DNA of 64,000 nt, taken from contig OZ024741.1 of assembly GCA_964016885.1 (NCBI GenBank), positions 220,286,001 through 220,350,000 on the forward strand, given 5' to 3'. The notes under the pieces are model-generated. The model was not told where the DNA came from, searched no databases, and was given only the letters and a program-made list of their open reading frames with translations. This stretch comes from Eledone cirrhosa. Taxonomy: Eukaryota. Positions 27,901 through 42,495 of the stretch are shown here, piece by piece. A program made the position numbers and the translations under genes. How positions within the stretch are numbered: the stretch's first letter is position 1; each line of letters opens with the position of its first letter.

Positions 27901-28620
27901 CCTCTACAGTAACCATTAAACCACTGTCCTCTACAGTAACCATTAAACCACTGTCCTCTACAGTAACCATTAAACCACTGTCCTCCTCTACAGTAACCAT
28001 TAAACCACTGTCCTCCTCTACAGTAACCATTAAACCACTGTGCTCTACAGTAAACATTAAACCACTGTCCTCTACAGTAACCATTAAACCACTGCCGTCT
28101 ACAGTAACCATTAAACCACTGTCCTCTACAGTAACCATTAAACCACTGTCCTCTACAGTAACCATTAAACCACTGTCCTCCTCTACAGTAACCATTAAAC
28201 CACTGTGCTCTACAGTAAACATTAAACCACTGTCCTCTACAGTAACCATTAAACCACTGTCCTCTACAGTAACCATTAAACCACTGCCGTCTACAGTAAC
28301 CATTAAACCACTGTCCTCTACAGTAACCATTAAACCACTGCCGTCTACAGTAAACATTAAACCACTGTCCTCTACAGTAAACATTAAACCACTGTCCTCT
28401 ACAGTAACCATTAAACCACTGCCGTCTACAGTAAACATTAAACCACTGTCCTCTACAGTAAACATTAAACCACTGTCCTCTACAGTAACCATTGAACCAC
28501 TGCCGTCTACAGTAAACATTAAACCACTGTCCTCTACAGTAAACATTAAACCACTGTCCTCTACAGTAACCATTAAACCACTGTGCGCCTCTACTACAAA
28601 AACCAATGAGCCACCGTCCC
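24949..28620. repeat. 27-bp minisatellite, about 130 units (ACAGTAACCATTAAACCACTGTCCTCT)
   Basis: Directly visible tandem array with variant units and degenerate ends. Confidence 0.97.
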
Positions 28621-28918
28621 CATTCACTGACGTCTTTATCATATACAATAATTGTAGCGAGGACTATTGATAGTAACAGTATTGATAAGCATACAGCAAT
28701 ATTCCACATAATAGTCGTTAACTACGTTACTACGAATTCCCTTATTGCTTCTACTCACTGAACTAACCAACAATAATCCTATTTCTAGATGTAATAAATT
28801 TAACTCTATGTACATACCACTACACTAGTAGAAACATATATATATACATACATACATATATACATACATACATAAGTACTGAACTCACATATACATATAT
28901 ATATATGTATGTTATATT

Positions 28919-28953
<35 letters not shown>

Positions 28954-28967
28954 GAAAGGTATAGAAA

Positions 28968-29016
<49 letters not shown>

Positions 29017-29233
29017 GTATATACATATATATTATATATATATCCATATATACACACACGTGTATATATATATATATACATATGTGACCATATACATAAA
29101 TATATATATATACCTATATACATAAACATACACACGAACATATATATGCATATATTAGTATGAAACATATATATAATATATGTAAGCATACACACATGTA
29201 TACATATAGATATATACATACAAATATAACATG

Positions 29234-29264
<31 letters not shown>

Positions 29265-29341
29265 TCATAAATGTATATATATACACAAATATAACATACA
29301 TACATATATATATATATATGTATATATATAGGTATATATAT

Positions 29342-29400
<59 letters not shown>

Positions 29401-29406
29401 CATATA

Positions 29407-29492
<86 letters not shown>

Positions 29493-29825
29493 GTAATAAT
29501 AATAAATGTGAAGACTAAAATCCAGAGGGCTCGATAAGGATAAATTTATATCAGATATATAAGAACCGTAGAGCAAATATTTATTAAAATAACAGATTAA
29601 GCAAAGAAACGCTGCTTTCACCCTTAACGGGATCTTCTGAAACTAAAAAAGTCAATCTGCGAACGCAGAAGTAAATATTTCAAAAACAATGTTTACTTCT
29701 GCGTTCACAGATTGACATTTTTGGTTTCAGAGGATCCGTTAAGGGTGAAAGCAGCGGTTATTTGCTTAAACTTCAATCTGTTATTTTAATAAATATATAT
29801 ATATTTATATATATAAATATATATG

Positions 29826-29925
<100 letters not shown>

Positions 29926-29928
29926 TAG

Positions 29929-29986
<58 letters not shown>

Positions 29987-30336
29987 GTAGATACATACAT
30001 GCAAATATAACATACATACATATATAATCCGAAGTTGAACCTATTCCAACACTATAAGTAGAAGTGTCAATCTCTGACATTTGACCAGTTCGGTATGACA
30101 TTACCTCCCTTTTATTTTATTTGGGTTTAGCTCTTCCTCTTCCTACTCCTCACTGTTACTCCTTCCTGTGTTTATATTTTTCTTTCTCTCCTCTTCCTTT
30201 TCCTATCCCTCCCTGTTACTCCTTCCTCTGTTTCAAGTCTCTGTTTATTCTACTTTTCCACACGATATGCTTTAGTTTCTGTTCCTCGTATTTATTTTTT
30301 CTTACTCTGACTTCTCATACGATTATTGCTAATGAA

Positions 30337-30371
<35 letters not shown>

Positions 30372-30539
30372 GTAGGAGGTGAGTTTTATTGTAGTACAAT
30401 AAAGCAATGGAGATATCGGATAAGAAGCACTCTACAGTTTGTAGGACTGGAGTATACATAATATATAAGAACAAAAGATATGTTGATTTAAAACTGAACT
30501 ATCCACAAGTGTTTATAGCCTTCATATCATGTCCTCCTG

Positions 30540-30606
30540 TTTTATCTGATGAAAACACAAATATTATTGCATGATGATATTTGTTTTTGAAATGCGCATA
30601 ATAAAA
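30540..30606 (+). ncRNA. Type I hammerhead ribozyme, intact core
   Basis: TTTTAT-CTGATGA-AAACACAAATAT..ATATTTGTTTTT-GAAA-TGCGCA-TA-ATAAAA. Confidence 0.8.
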
Positions 30607-30636
30607 TACATGGAACTCCTTTAACCATCTTTTGTT

Positions 30637-30702
<66 letters not shown>

Positions 30703-30987
30703 TACTTATGTATAAATATATATATATACTTACTATGTATAAATATATATATATATCTACTTATTGTGTATAAATATGTATATATATACTTATTATATAT
30801 AATTATGTATGCATACTTATATACAATAAGTAGGAAGGAAGTCAAGGTTGCACCATCAATTAACTTTATTACATATGACAATTTTTCGATATCGATCAAC
30901 TCCGGGTTCGATCATATATATATATATATATTCATAGATACATACATATATGTGTATATATATATATATATTCATAGATACATACAT

Positions 30988-31085
<98 letters not shown>

Positions 31086-31239
31086 ATACGCTATTAGAAA
31101 TATACACAGTGAGAATACTGTAAACATATGCGTAAATAATACATATAAAAATATATTTTATCAATTATTCAACGTTATAGGATATCAAAATTTCCAAAAG
31201 ATAATATATATCATTAATTTCTTTCAGTTAGTGGGGATC

Positions 31240-31430
31240 AAGGGCGGTGCATTGGCAGTATCGGTAGAGAGTCGGACACCATGCTTTGAAGCATAGATTT
31301 ACGTCCCTTTATGATCTGAGTTCAAATCCCGCCGAGGTTAACTTTGCCTTTCATCCTTACGGGGTCGATATAATAAAGTACCAGTAATGTACTGGGTAAT
31401 TGCTGGCCTTGTGCCTAAAATAGAAACAAT
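31240..31430 (+). mobile_element. SINE family 1 with TSD
   Basis: ATTAATTTCTTTCAGTTAG at 31213-31231 and 31429-31447. Confidence 0.9.
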
Positions 31431-31824
31431 TAATTTCTTTCAGTTAGAAAACAGAGAAGTCTGATGTGGTGGAGACGAAAATAGATTTGTCTCCCAGCTG
31501 TAGTAGGTTGGGGTAGTTGAGGAAAATCTGAGTCAAGAGAGTGTATGTTATCTATTTCATTAGCAGACCTAACAGCTGCAGCGGGGCCGGCAGGAATTTA
31601 TGTGAAAAATGGAGCCTAGTTTCAGTTATTGGCTTATTGACTGTTGCTGTTTCTGGATGATAAGTTCCCTAGGATGTTAATATTAACATCAATACAAATG
31701 TTACCGAATGAAACATCGTAAATGTACGCTTGAAGGATGCAATACTCATTAATAACATTGACCCTAACATACATAGCAAGACTGGTTCAGTTAGGGTTCT
31801 GCCTGCAATTGGTATCATGTAACC

Positions 31825-31898
31825 CAGTGCGTCTCCCTTGCGGTCCTCCAGGGAAACGCCTTCTCCATTCTGTCCGCCGGGGCTGTGGGGAGGCCACC
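31825..31898 (+). pseudogene. CRE-type 3' terminal fragment
   Basis: Matches 7625-7698. Confidence 0.7.
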
Positions 31899-32031
31899 AA
31901 TATGATTGACTGACTTGTCATTTTATCAGTCAGATGTGCTAATGATTCTATTAAAATATATATATACGTTCATATATATATATATTTGTTATATATATGC
32001 TCCTTTGTTAATTAATTAGGTAACATTTGAA

Positions 32032-32080
32032 GACTAGTTTCTGTATAGTCGAATGGTTGAAGACTAAACAAGATCCCCAG
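32032..32080 (-). ncRNA. Degenerate hammerhead in the 3' region of the PLE
   Basis: Minus: CTGGGGA-..TGTTTAGTC..GACTATACA-GAAA-CTAG-TC (A6G; stem I weak). Confidence 0.5.
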
Positions 32081-32499
32081 CAGCGCAAAGGAAAACCAAG
32101 AGCTGTTAAAAAAGGGAGGATGAAAACTAGGATCATGTAAGACATATATACTATAAATATACAAATCAAACTTCTTGAATCATAAAACACAGATTTAAAA
32201 TAAATAAATGAATGGTTTACGAGTCCATATAATTGTCAAATATATAAGCTATATAATTTAAAAATACAAAAACCCAGAATATTAAATGTATTTAAACAAT
32301 CAAATGATATGCATACTCATCAAAAGATCATGTTAACAATTTATATGTTTATGTAGAACCCTTAATCTAGCATTAATCATATCGTAAATAATAAACATTA
32401 TTAGGTTTTATTATCTGTTGTAGTATTGTTTTACGCTCTCAGTTGATAATAAACGTCAAAATCAAAACTTATTTATTCAATGTTTTTTCCTGACTTTTT

Positions 32500-34340
32500 G
32501 TGAGGCTTGGAATGTAGAAGTAGCTTTATGTAAGCAATTTGAGAATAATTCACTTTTTTGTTAATTAAGTTATCTACAAAGATTGCAGTTAGGTGATATT
32601 GAAGAATTCAAGTAGACTTGACCATTACACAGCTTGGACCAAGAAATTGAGTATTTTAAATTGTTGTCTTTTAATGACCATACAAGCTGTGATAAAGAGG
32701 TATTAGGATTCGAGAATGAATATTTGTGATTCGAAAATCTTAATTTAAAAGTCGATGAAGTTGCACCAATATAGTTGTATGTGATGTTATTTGCTTTGAC
32801 AGTGCATTTATAGACTAGATTGCTATCCAGACAATTATTTTGCAGAAGACAATTTGATCTATTTCTACAATTACGATTTCGATTTCTTGTTATTACTATA
32901 ATTTGAACAATTGACGTTACCATTACTAGTAGTTGGAAGTGTTCTATTGATAGTGCTTAAATTAATGTTGTTGTTATTCCCAGTATTAATATTGTTAGTG
33001 TTAATATAGTCATTATCCCTAATTGTTTGTTGGTTATGATTTAGAATTCTACTATTTATTTTTGCAATGTTCTGGGCCATATCATAGTTGCAGAATAAGA
33101 AAGCTTAATTGTGTGTCTGTTGAATATGGAACGGTACTTATGTTTTTTGGGAATACTTTTATCTGAAGCTTTAAAGAATAAATTTGCTAGTGGTGTTTTG
33201 ATTGCTACAGACGCGGGAGGAGCAAACCATATAACTGATTTAGTTTTGATTTTTTCCCCGATTTATTCACGGCATTGGTGTTTGTATTTATATTTAAATG
33301 ATTTTTAGAATCTAGTTTATTTATGTTAGTCGTACTTTTAGCCGGTTTATAATTCAAATTAGTATTCAATATTATTTTTATAACCTGCCTTACGTAGCGC
33401 CTCATTATAGTATCCAGCTTTTTCATCAAAAATGGATTTATTAGCGGATAGTCTAGTTATGCGTTTCTGGACACTATTGACTATTGCATTTTTCACGGAT
33501 TTAGGGTGATTAGAGTAAAAGCTAACGTAATTTAAGTTTTCATTAGGCTTATGGAAAGGGTAATAAAATCCTGAGTTTAAGTTAAGGGTGACGTCAAGGA
33601 AATTAACTATTTTAGTACTACTTTCAACTTATAATTTAAGGTGGTAATTTTTAAAGAATTCAATTATAGTTTTCTTAACCCTATTTAGTTCTGTATTGCT
33701 ATGTTTGACAACAGTAAATAAAATATCGTCCCTATATAAACCACCGGTAATCTCCGGCAGTTTTCTATTTACCATATTTAGGATAAAAATACCCAGAAGA
33801 TCGGTAACCTGCGCAGACTCCGATGATCCTATGATAATGTCAACATTTCTATTCCTATCTGAACGGGTCCAATACTCATTATTAAAATTAATTAGAGTTC
33901 TTCTAGCAGTTAATATGATATTGATTTCATCTGCAGTTATATTTGTATGCCTGTAAGCATAAGACAAAGCCTTATTTAATAGATTAGGTGTAATAGAATA
34001 ATAATAACTTGCTATGTCCATTTGATTGAATTTGTGATTTTTCTTATTTTCTATATTTTTAAACCAGTCAATTACTTCATTTCTGTCCTTCCATAAGCTC
34101 AATTTTGACTTCAATTTCAGAGTTGGTAAAATTCTGTCAATAATATTCTTACTGATTACTCCAATATCAGATTTAGATGGAGCTATCAGTCTAAAGGGCA
34201 AGTCTTCCTCAAAGTTTCTCTTGTGATCCTTAAAATTTATCCTCGGCTGTCTAGGTAAAAGAAGGCTCAGTTCTTCCTTCAATTCCAAGTTTAGCTATTA
34301 ATTTAAACGTGTCATTATTGATGGCTATAAGATCTTCGGC
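32500..34340 (-). pseudogene. Penelope-like element RT + GIY-YIG, frameshifted (Nematis-like)
   Basis: RT: FKDHKRNF..RLIAPSKSDIG..MDIASYY..GGLYRDD..VNFLDVTLNL. Then Cys-rich linker NCRNRSNCL..CL and VYKC..YIGAT..FKLRF.NH..CNLC. Confidence 0.9.
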
Positions 34341-34910
34341 CGTCATATAACTACACCCAGATATATATTTGATGTTTTGATTAATTGACTATTTCTAAAT
34401 AATTTAAGGATTCGAAATTAATCATTCACCAAGCTATGCCCAAATATATTTATATATATATTTTTACATCATCTAATTATACGCTGTTTATCCATGACAA
34501 TATAAGTCTCCCTCCCTGTGCTTTATACTATAAAACTTATTTGTTTCTCCTCTTCTCACTATCCTTAATCAATTGTTCTTTTGCTTTCGTGCATAAGATA
34601 ATTCTATATTTCTAGTCAGTCTCTCTTTCCTCACCTGTTTCTCTCTCCGTCTTTCACTTCCTTTTTCTACAATATATTACTTTATTTAAATTATTTAAAT
34701 TTCTAACAGTTATGTAGGTTTATATTATATTAGTAGTTATTTATTATTATTATGTATCTTTATAAGCTTTTCACACGCACCCTCTGTATTATATTTATTT
34801 TTTCAAGTCTTAATCTTAAGGTATATAAATATTGAGATTTGTCATAAATAATTCACTGCCATGACTGAATTTTAACCATCAACATAGTCAAGGTATGTCA
34901 AGAATCAACT

Positions 34911-34977
34911 TATTTTATCTGATGAGGACGTGCTGTTGAAAATAGCTCAGTACCTCTGCAATATGTATAATAAAATA
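34911..34977 (+). ncRNA. Hammerhead, A13C degenerate
   Basis: TATTTTAT-CTGATGA-stem II-GCAA-TATGTA-TA-ATAAAATA (8-bp stem I). Confidence 0.65.
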
Positions 34978-35149
34978 TACTTGATCACATGAAGGACTAT
35001 ATTTCTTAATATTTTGAATTTATATATATATATATATACATATTAAAATAATAGATTAAAGTTTAAGCAAAGAATCGCTACTTTCACCCTTAACGGTTTT
35101 TATATATATTTGTATATATATTTTCCTTATCGAGCCCTTTAGTCTTCAC

Positions 35150-35247
<98 letters not shown>

Positions 35248-35256
35248 CATATACGT

Positions 35257-35355
<99 letters not shown>

Positions 35356-35362
35356 CATATAC

Positions 35363-35395
<33 letters not shown>

Positions 35396-35414
35396 CATAT
35401 ACATATACATATAC

Positions 35415-35515
<101 letters not shown>

Positions 35516-35772
35516 ACAAGGCTTTTGAACCCAATTTGTCATAGTGAAATAGATTCGATACGCCTAGGCTTGTTTTCTACGCGTGTAGTATTTCGTAGGC
35601 TACCTATAAACAACATAGTTAACATTATTAAATAGCATCCATCATTTCTAAGACTTTATCTCCGTGAAACCAAACTGCAGCATAAATGAAGAATCGCAAT
35701 AAAAGTAACTCTCATACATTCGAAGCAATAGTGCTTAGTAAGAAGAACGTGTGCTTAAACACACACACACGC

Positions 35773-35835
<63 letters not shown>

Positions 35836-35973
35836 AATATATATATATATATTTATATATATGATAGCAATATGAATGGACCTGTTATTTTTCTCTGAAA
35901 AATCTATTTTCGTTTCCCCCACTGGCCGTCTTCTCATCCTCTCTATTTCTTCTTTAATTTCTCATTCCATTTT

Positions 35974-36001
35974 CTGATGAAGGACTAGCGTCCGAAATGT
36001 C
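35974..36001 (+). ncRNA. Minimal PLE-type hammerhead core
   Basis: CTGATGA-AGGAC TAGC GTCC-GAAA-TG-TC; homologous copy at 58534. Confidence 0.65.
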
Positions 36002-36077
36002 AAGACACTTTTTCTACTATATCAAACGTAAGACTAATAATATTTCTTTAATGTACTTGTTACATCGGTTTTCCCTT

Positions 36078-36149
<72 letters not shown>

Positions 36150-36153
<4 letters not shown>

Positions 36154-36760
36154 TGTATATATATAGTGTATTTTGCAATAAACTGTATGCTTAATTAAAA
36201 GAATTTCGAACACCTTATGCTATTGTTTTAGAGTAGTGACAGACTCACTTACTTTAATTTTCAGCAAACAGTGGAGATAAATTTGACAGGCCCTGTTTCG
36301 CATTTATTGATGCTTATCAAAGCCAACTACTCCTTCTGATTGCTGATATCATGGATATTTCGTTCTTATAGAATTCCAGTAAATAATCAGGAACTGATTA
36401 TACAGAGCGGTTGCCGGTCAAGCAGAAATTGAAAATTAGAATTGGTGCTCTGAAATAGCTATATATATATGAATGTATATATAGTGTATTTTGCAATACA
36501 CTGTATGCTTAATTAAAAGCATTTCGAAGACCTTATGCTATTGTTTTAGAGTAGTGACAGACTCACTTACTTTAATTTTCAGCAAACAGGGGAGATAAAG
36601 CTGACAGGGCCATGTTTCGCATTTATTGATGCTTATCAAAGCCAAATACTCCTCCTGTTTGCTGAAATCATGGATGTTTGGTTCTTATAGAATTCCAGTA
36701 AATAATCATTAATCAAAATAATCAAAATAGCTATTTCAGAGCACCAATTCTAATTTTAGT
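36150..36760 (-). mobile_element. Family C tandem pLTRs (unit about 320 bp) with inverted end; HHRs at 36282-36324 and 36599-36643
   Basis: Minus: GGCT-TTGATAA-GCAT CAATAA ATGC-GAAA-CA(G/T)GGCC(C)TG-TC-AGCT. Confidence 0.8.
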
Positions 36761-36842
36761 TAGACATGGCTTGGGCCAATAATGGCCGAAACGTATCAGA
36801 GTTATATATATATATATATATACAGAGAGAGAGAGAGAGGGG

Positions 36843-36883
<41 letters not shown>

Positions 36884-37650
36884 AGAGTGGAAGGTAAAAA
36901 CCCAACCGAGACGCTTATTGGTTTCGGTTTGCAGTCAACATGTCTTATGAAGCGTATCTTCCATCATAGATGTAGCATATCGTGTTTGATACAGAACGGA
37001 GGCGGTCATCGTATTGATAGCAACGCTAACCAGGCTCCCTCCGTATCATTGATTTTTTGTTTATATTTTGCTGTGGTGCAGTAAGGATTACTTAACTAAA
37101 TTTTTTATATTCATACCATCAGATGGCCGAAAAAAATGTCTTACTCAAGGACATAACGCATTGCTTTGAATTGAATTAAAGACCGAACTTAACCACTAAA
37201 CCAATATCTTTCACTAAATATTTGTACATGTCCTCATATACGACAATCTTTTTGTATTTTCTTTTAAGATACTTACACAAATTTCCAGCAAATGAATTTG
37301 TAAGATCGAAAATTGAATTCATTGAAAATATTTTTGTAAGACTTCACCAGACTTACAAAAAATATATTAACTGAATTCACTCTCCATCTAAGATATTTCA
37401 TTTTAGAATCTAAAGAAATATATATACTTAATGTAATATTTTACAATAATTGAATTTTTCGTTTTCAATTTCTTTACACGTTCCCACATTTTGACGAGTT
37501 GTTGTTTTTTTAATTGTATTTATATCACTTTACTGCTTTATAATGACTTTTATTGTTCGGTTTCTATGAAGATAAACACATTAGCAGTTATACAAACACA
37601 TACGAACAAGTGTAAATACACACAAGGTATATGAGGTAAGGCAACATGCG

Positions 37651-37741
<91 letters not shown>

Positions 37742-37874
37742 GTATGTATGTGTGTCGGTGGTGGGGGGTCTAGAAATGATTTCCAGTTCAGACAATATTT
37801 GGGGAGCAGATTTGATTGCTAAATTTATATTCAATAAATAGAAATCAATTTTCTCTTTTTACCGCACACGCACT

Positions 37875-38395
<521 letters not shown>

Positions 38396-38442
38396 AGTAA
38401 GTATGTTTTGAAACAGTGAGCAGGTTTGAAAATAGAAAATAG

Positions 38443-38601
38443 AATAGCTTTCACCGTATTTTTGACTAAAGGAATTTTAGCCTGATAATGGGATTTAGAA
38501 CCCTCAGATAAATAGAAACAGATGAGTATTGACGTACATGAGGGTTCTAAACCCCATTATCCGCTAAAATTCCTTTAGTCAAAAAGCGGTGAAAGCTATT
38601 A
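38443..38601. repeat. Fold-back cassette ending GCGGTGAAAGCTATT
   Basis: Arms 38443-38505 and 38538-38601; only the HHR 3' half is visible. Confidence 0.7.
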
Positions 38602-39083
38602 TATATATATTTATATATTTAATACAATAACAGAGATAGCTTAAAGCTAAACTCCGACTGGTAACCATCTCACTCAACATACATTAGGTTATATGTTAGT
38701 ATAAACCCAATTTAAGTGTTTGGGGTGCTAACTATATGTATTTTGCGGAAAGCCAGTTGTATTATGTTATGAGATATAATTAAAGTTAAAATATATCTCT
38801 CTTTCCAAACAATTGTTTCATTATAAGTTTTCTACAAATTGGGAGAATGTTTCCAGTTTATGTAGAAGCCTAACATATATTCATGTAAGAATATATTTAG
38901 GCGGGCACTTATAAATCTTCAGTGGAAGCCCATTAAACTTTGATATAAGAAAAAATTCTTACCGCAATCAAGATAAATTGACGGAGCCATAGACTCAAAT
39001 TATGTGCTCAAAGGAAAAGGAATCCTGAGCTTTGTATATATATATATATAAATGAAAGGTATAGAAAGTATTGTAGCAAGAAG

Positions 39084-39199
<116 letters not shown>

Positions 39200-39236
39200 T
39201 ATATATATATATATACACATATATATATATATACAC

Positions 39237-39269
<33 letters not shown>

Positions 39270-39280
39270 TATATATATAT

Positions 39281-39546
<266 letters not shown>

Positions 39547-39547
39547 G

Positions 39548-39577
<30 letters not shown>

Positions 39578-39580
<3 letters not shown>

Positions 39581-39715
39581 GAACCAGTAAGACCCCGACG
39601 GCTTGAGCTCAGCCGTCGGGGTCTTACTGGTTCCTATTACCCACTCTACTACCCTAAGTATTGAGTACTTTGGTGCGTTATGGCCACCTGGTTCCTTACC
39701 ACATTTCCTTCGTTA
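39578..39715. mobile_element. Family A fold-back copy inverted at HHR stem III
   Basis: AGGAACCAGTAAGACCCCGACGGCT TGAGCTC AGCCGTCGGGGTCTTACTGGTTCCT plus tail. Confidence 0.8.
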
Positions 39716-40449
39716 TATATATATATATATATAGATATATATATGATAATAATAATAGGTATGAATCGATGTTGTACCCGCAGTAGAGCAGATACCAATT
39801 GAATTCTGTGTGTGGGTGTATATATATATATAAATATGTGTGTGTGTGTGTGTGTGTGTGTTTTAAGTATGATCAGACGTAAAAACATTCTCACATGGAA
39901 TTATGAAGGAAACTTTGTGGTTCAATATACATACCTGGACAGGTAACTCCTGAGGGAGTGGCACTATATTGACATATGGCGTTTTCTAGGGCACTTTTTA
40001 AACATGGCGGATACCATCTCCTCTCCAGGAGTACCACAGATTTCTTCCAAAAAAAGGATAGAGAGACTGAGTGAGAAAGAGATATAGAATACTAGACTGG
40101 TACTTTTTATTGACCACGTATGGATTAAAAATTATAAGCGGTTTCAAAACAAACAATTTTATTAATTCTTTTGCTACCAAAACTTGTGGTTAGTTACCAA
40201 CAGGATTAAACACATGTAAAACGAAATAAAACAGCTAAGAATAAAATACCAAGAAAAGAAGGAAACATTTGTTGGCAGTTTATTGATTTTTGCGAAACCT
40301 TCGATAGTATATGTAATATTTATATATGTGTGACTGCTAGAGAGCGAATGACGATATGTTGGTTATATATTTATGTATGTATTTTCTCCTTCTGTAAGCT
40401 GATATTTTACTTGGAAACACATCTTCTGCCAATATATTTTAGTACAATA

Positions 40450-40730
40450 AGTGTCCGAATTGAGAGATAACTGCTCAGATACTACGGGCATGTGGTTAGA
40501 ATGTCTCAGGAAAGAATCACTGGACAGATTTTACGAGCAAAAACAACCGGTAGGAGACCTAGAAGTAGACCCCGAGCAAGATGGTTGGTTAACATCCATG
40601 AGCTTGGCTGGTCTCATTTGAGGAACCAGCCGGATCAGTTGGGGCCGGTTGCTCCTGACAGGACCTGCTGGAAGGAGTGTTTAAGGACTCTGCTTCCACG
40701 ACCCTCTCAGGAATAAGTGGGTGAAGAAGT
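40450..40730 (+). pseudogene. RTE LINE 3' fragment
   Basis: LRYYGHVVRMSQERITGQILRAKTTGRRPRSRPRARW..DRTCWK. Confidence 0.85.
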
Positions 40731-40778
40731 GTTGTATTCATGTTTATAAATACTGTATATATATATCATTATTTACTA

Positions 40779-41150
40779 GGTGGATTGGTAGTATCGGTAG
40801 AGGGTCGGACGCATGCTTTCCAGCATAGTTACGTCCCTTTACGATCTGAGTTCAAATCCCGCCGAGGTTGACTTTGCCTTTCATCCTTACGGGGTCGATA
40901 AAATAAAGTACCAGTAATGCACTGGGTAATTGCTGGCCTTGTGCCAAAAGTAGAAACAATTATTTACTATAGGAAAAGGGTGGTGGATTGGCAGTATCGG
41001 TAGAGGGTCAGATACTATGCTTTGACATTCTGAGTTCAAATCTCGCCGAGGTTAACTTTGCCTTTCATCCTTGCGGGGTCGATAAAATAAAGTACCAGTA
41101 ATACACTAGGATAATTGGTGGCCTTGTGCCAAAAGTAAAAACAATTATTT
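40779..41150 (+). mobile_element. Two adjacent SINE family 1 copies (40779-40965, 40980-41150)
   Basis: Consensus match; first copy flanked by ATTATTTACTA. Confidence 0.9.
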
Positions 41151-41290
41151 AATATAGAAAAGGCTTTTTTAGGACTAGAACTGTTTCATTCTTATGAAAT
41201 AATCAGGACATTTCTGATGATTTCATACGAATGAAACCGTTCTAGTCTTGTAGAAGTGTTTTCTATATTACCTAATATATTGAGTACCTT
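41150..41290. mobile_element. Fold-back cassette with head-to-head minimal HHR cores; relative at 47025-47235
   Basis: Plus: CTGATGA(41214-20)-TTTC ATAC GAAT-GAAA-CCG-TT. Minus: CTGATTA..GAAACAG. Confidence 0.65.
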
Positions 41291-41301
41291 TCTATCGAGA
41301 T

Positions 41302-41430
<129 letters not shown>

Positions 41431-41714
41431 TACACACATGAATACATACATACAGTTTTGTGTCTTTTAGAAACCGACACTCTATTAGTAAAAAATTATG
41501 AAAGCCAGAAGAACATATCTACATACATACATACACACACACACACACATATACATACATACACACATGCATATATACATACATATGTGTGTATGCGTGT
41601 GTTTGTAAACATGCAATATCTAGAAACACACGGCGAAAAACATACGTCTATGAACAAACGAATTAGAAACACTTCTATTGCATGACCTCAAATTACTAAA
41701 TAATGCAACCCTCT

Positions 41715-41771
<57 letters not shown>

Positions 41772-42044
41772 CGGAAAAAATGAAACGAAATTTCATTTCT
41801 CATTCTTAGTACGGCTGTTACTTAAATATAAGTATGTATACGTACATACATATATGTATACAGACGTGCAGTAGTATATATATATATATATATATACATA
41901 CATACATGCACACATATATACATGTACGTATGGATTCAACGAACATTTATTATAACTCTCGGTGTGTTTGTAAACAAACATCCCGAATTAACCCGTAGTG
42001 TCTAGCAACCATCGTTGCTCATTTGTTCAACACTGACAAAGGAA

Positions 42045-42085
42045 CGCTGTACTAGTTTCAAGCTTATTAGTTATCGTCAGCAACG
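42045..42085 (-). ncRNA. Minimal type I hammerhead, intact core
   Basis: Minus: CGTTG-CTGACGA-TAAC TAATAA GCTT-GAAA-CTAG-TA-CAGCG; lies between direct repeats 41767-41842 and 42206-42281. Confidence 0.75.
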
Positions 42086-42284
42086 TATACCTTCCTGCCA
42101 GATGATTGAACGTCTGAAAGTATGTACTTTCCTTATGCATATTAACGGCTGAGCAGCCTAATTTGCATATCGAGTGAGTTAATCGGCCGGGCGCACTGAA
42201 AACGATAAACGGAAAAAATGAAACGAAATTTCATTTCTCACTCTTAGTACGGCTGTTACTTAAATATAAGTATGTATTCGTTTC

Positions 42285-42393
<109 letters not shown>

Positions 42394-42433
42394 ATATTAA
42401 CAAATGGAAACTATATTTATAAAACCATATTTA

Positions 42434-42495
42434 TTTCATTATACATATTTCAAGGGCCACCAGAGCAAACTATGGTGCGCTTTCATCAGATAAAA
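42434..42495 (-). ncRNA. Type I hammerhead, intact core
   Basis: Minus: TTTTAT-CTGATGA-AAGCGCACCA..TGGTGGCCCTT-GAAA-TATGTA-TA-ATGAAA; truncated relative at 2366-2428. Confidence 0.8.

Noticed and set aside
24949-28620. CRISPR-like array or genuine 867-aa protein
   Set aside because: No unique spacers and no cas genes; the ORF follows from a stop-free 27-bp unit and is interrupted by a stop and a frameshift.
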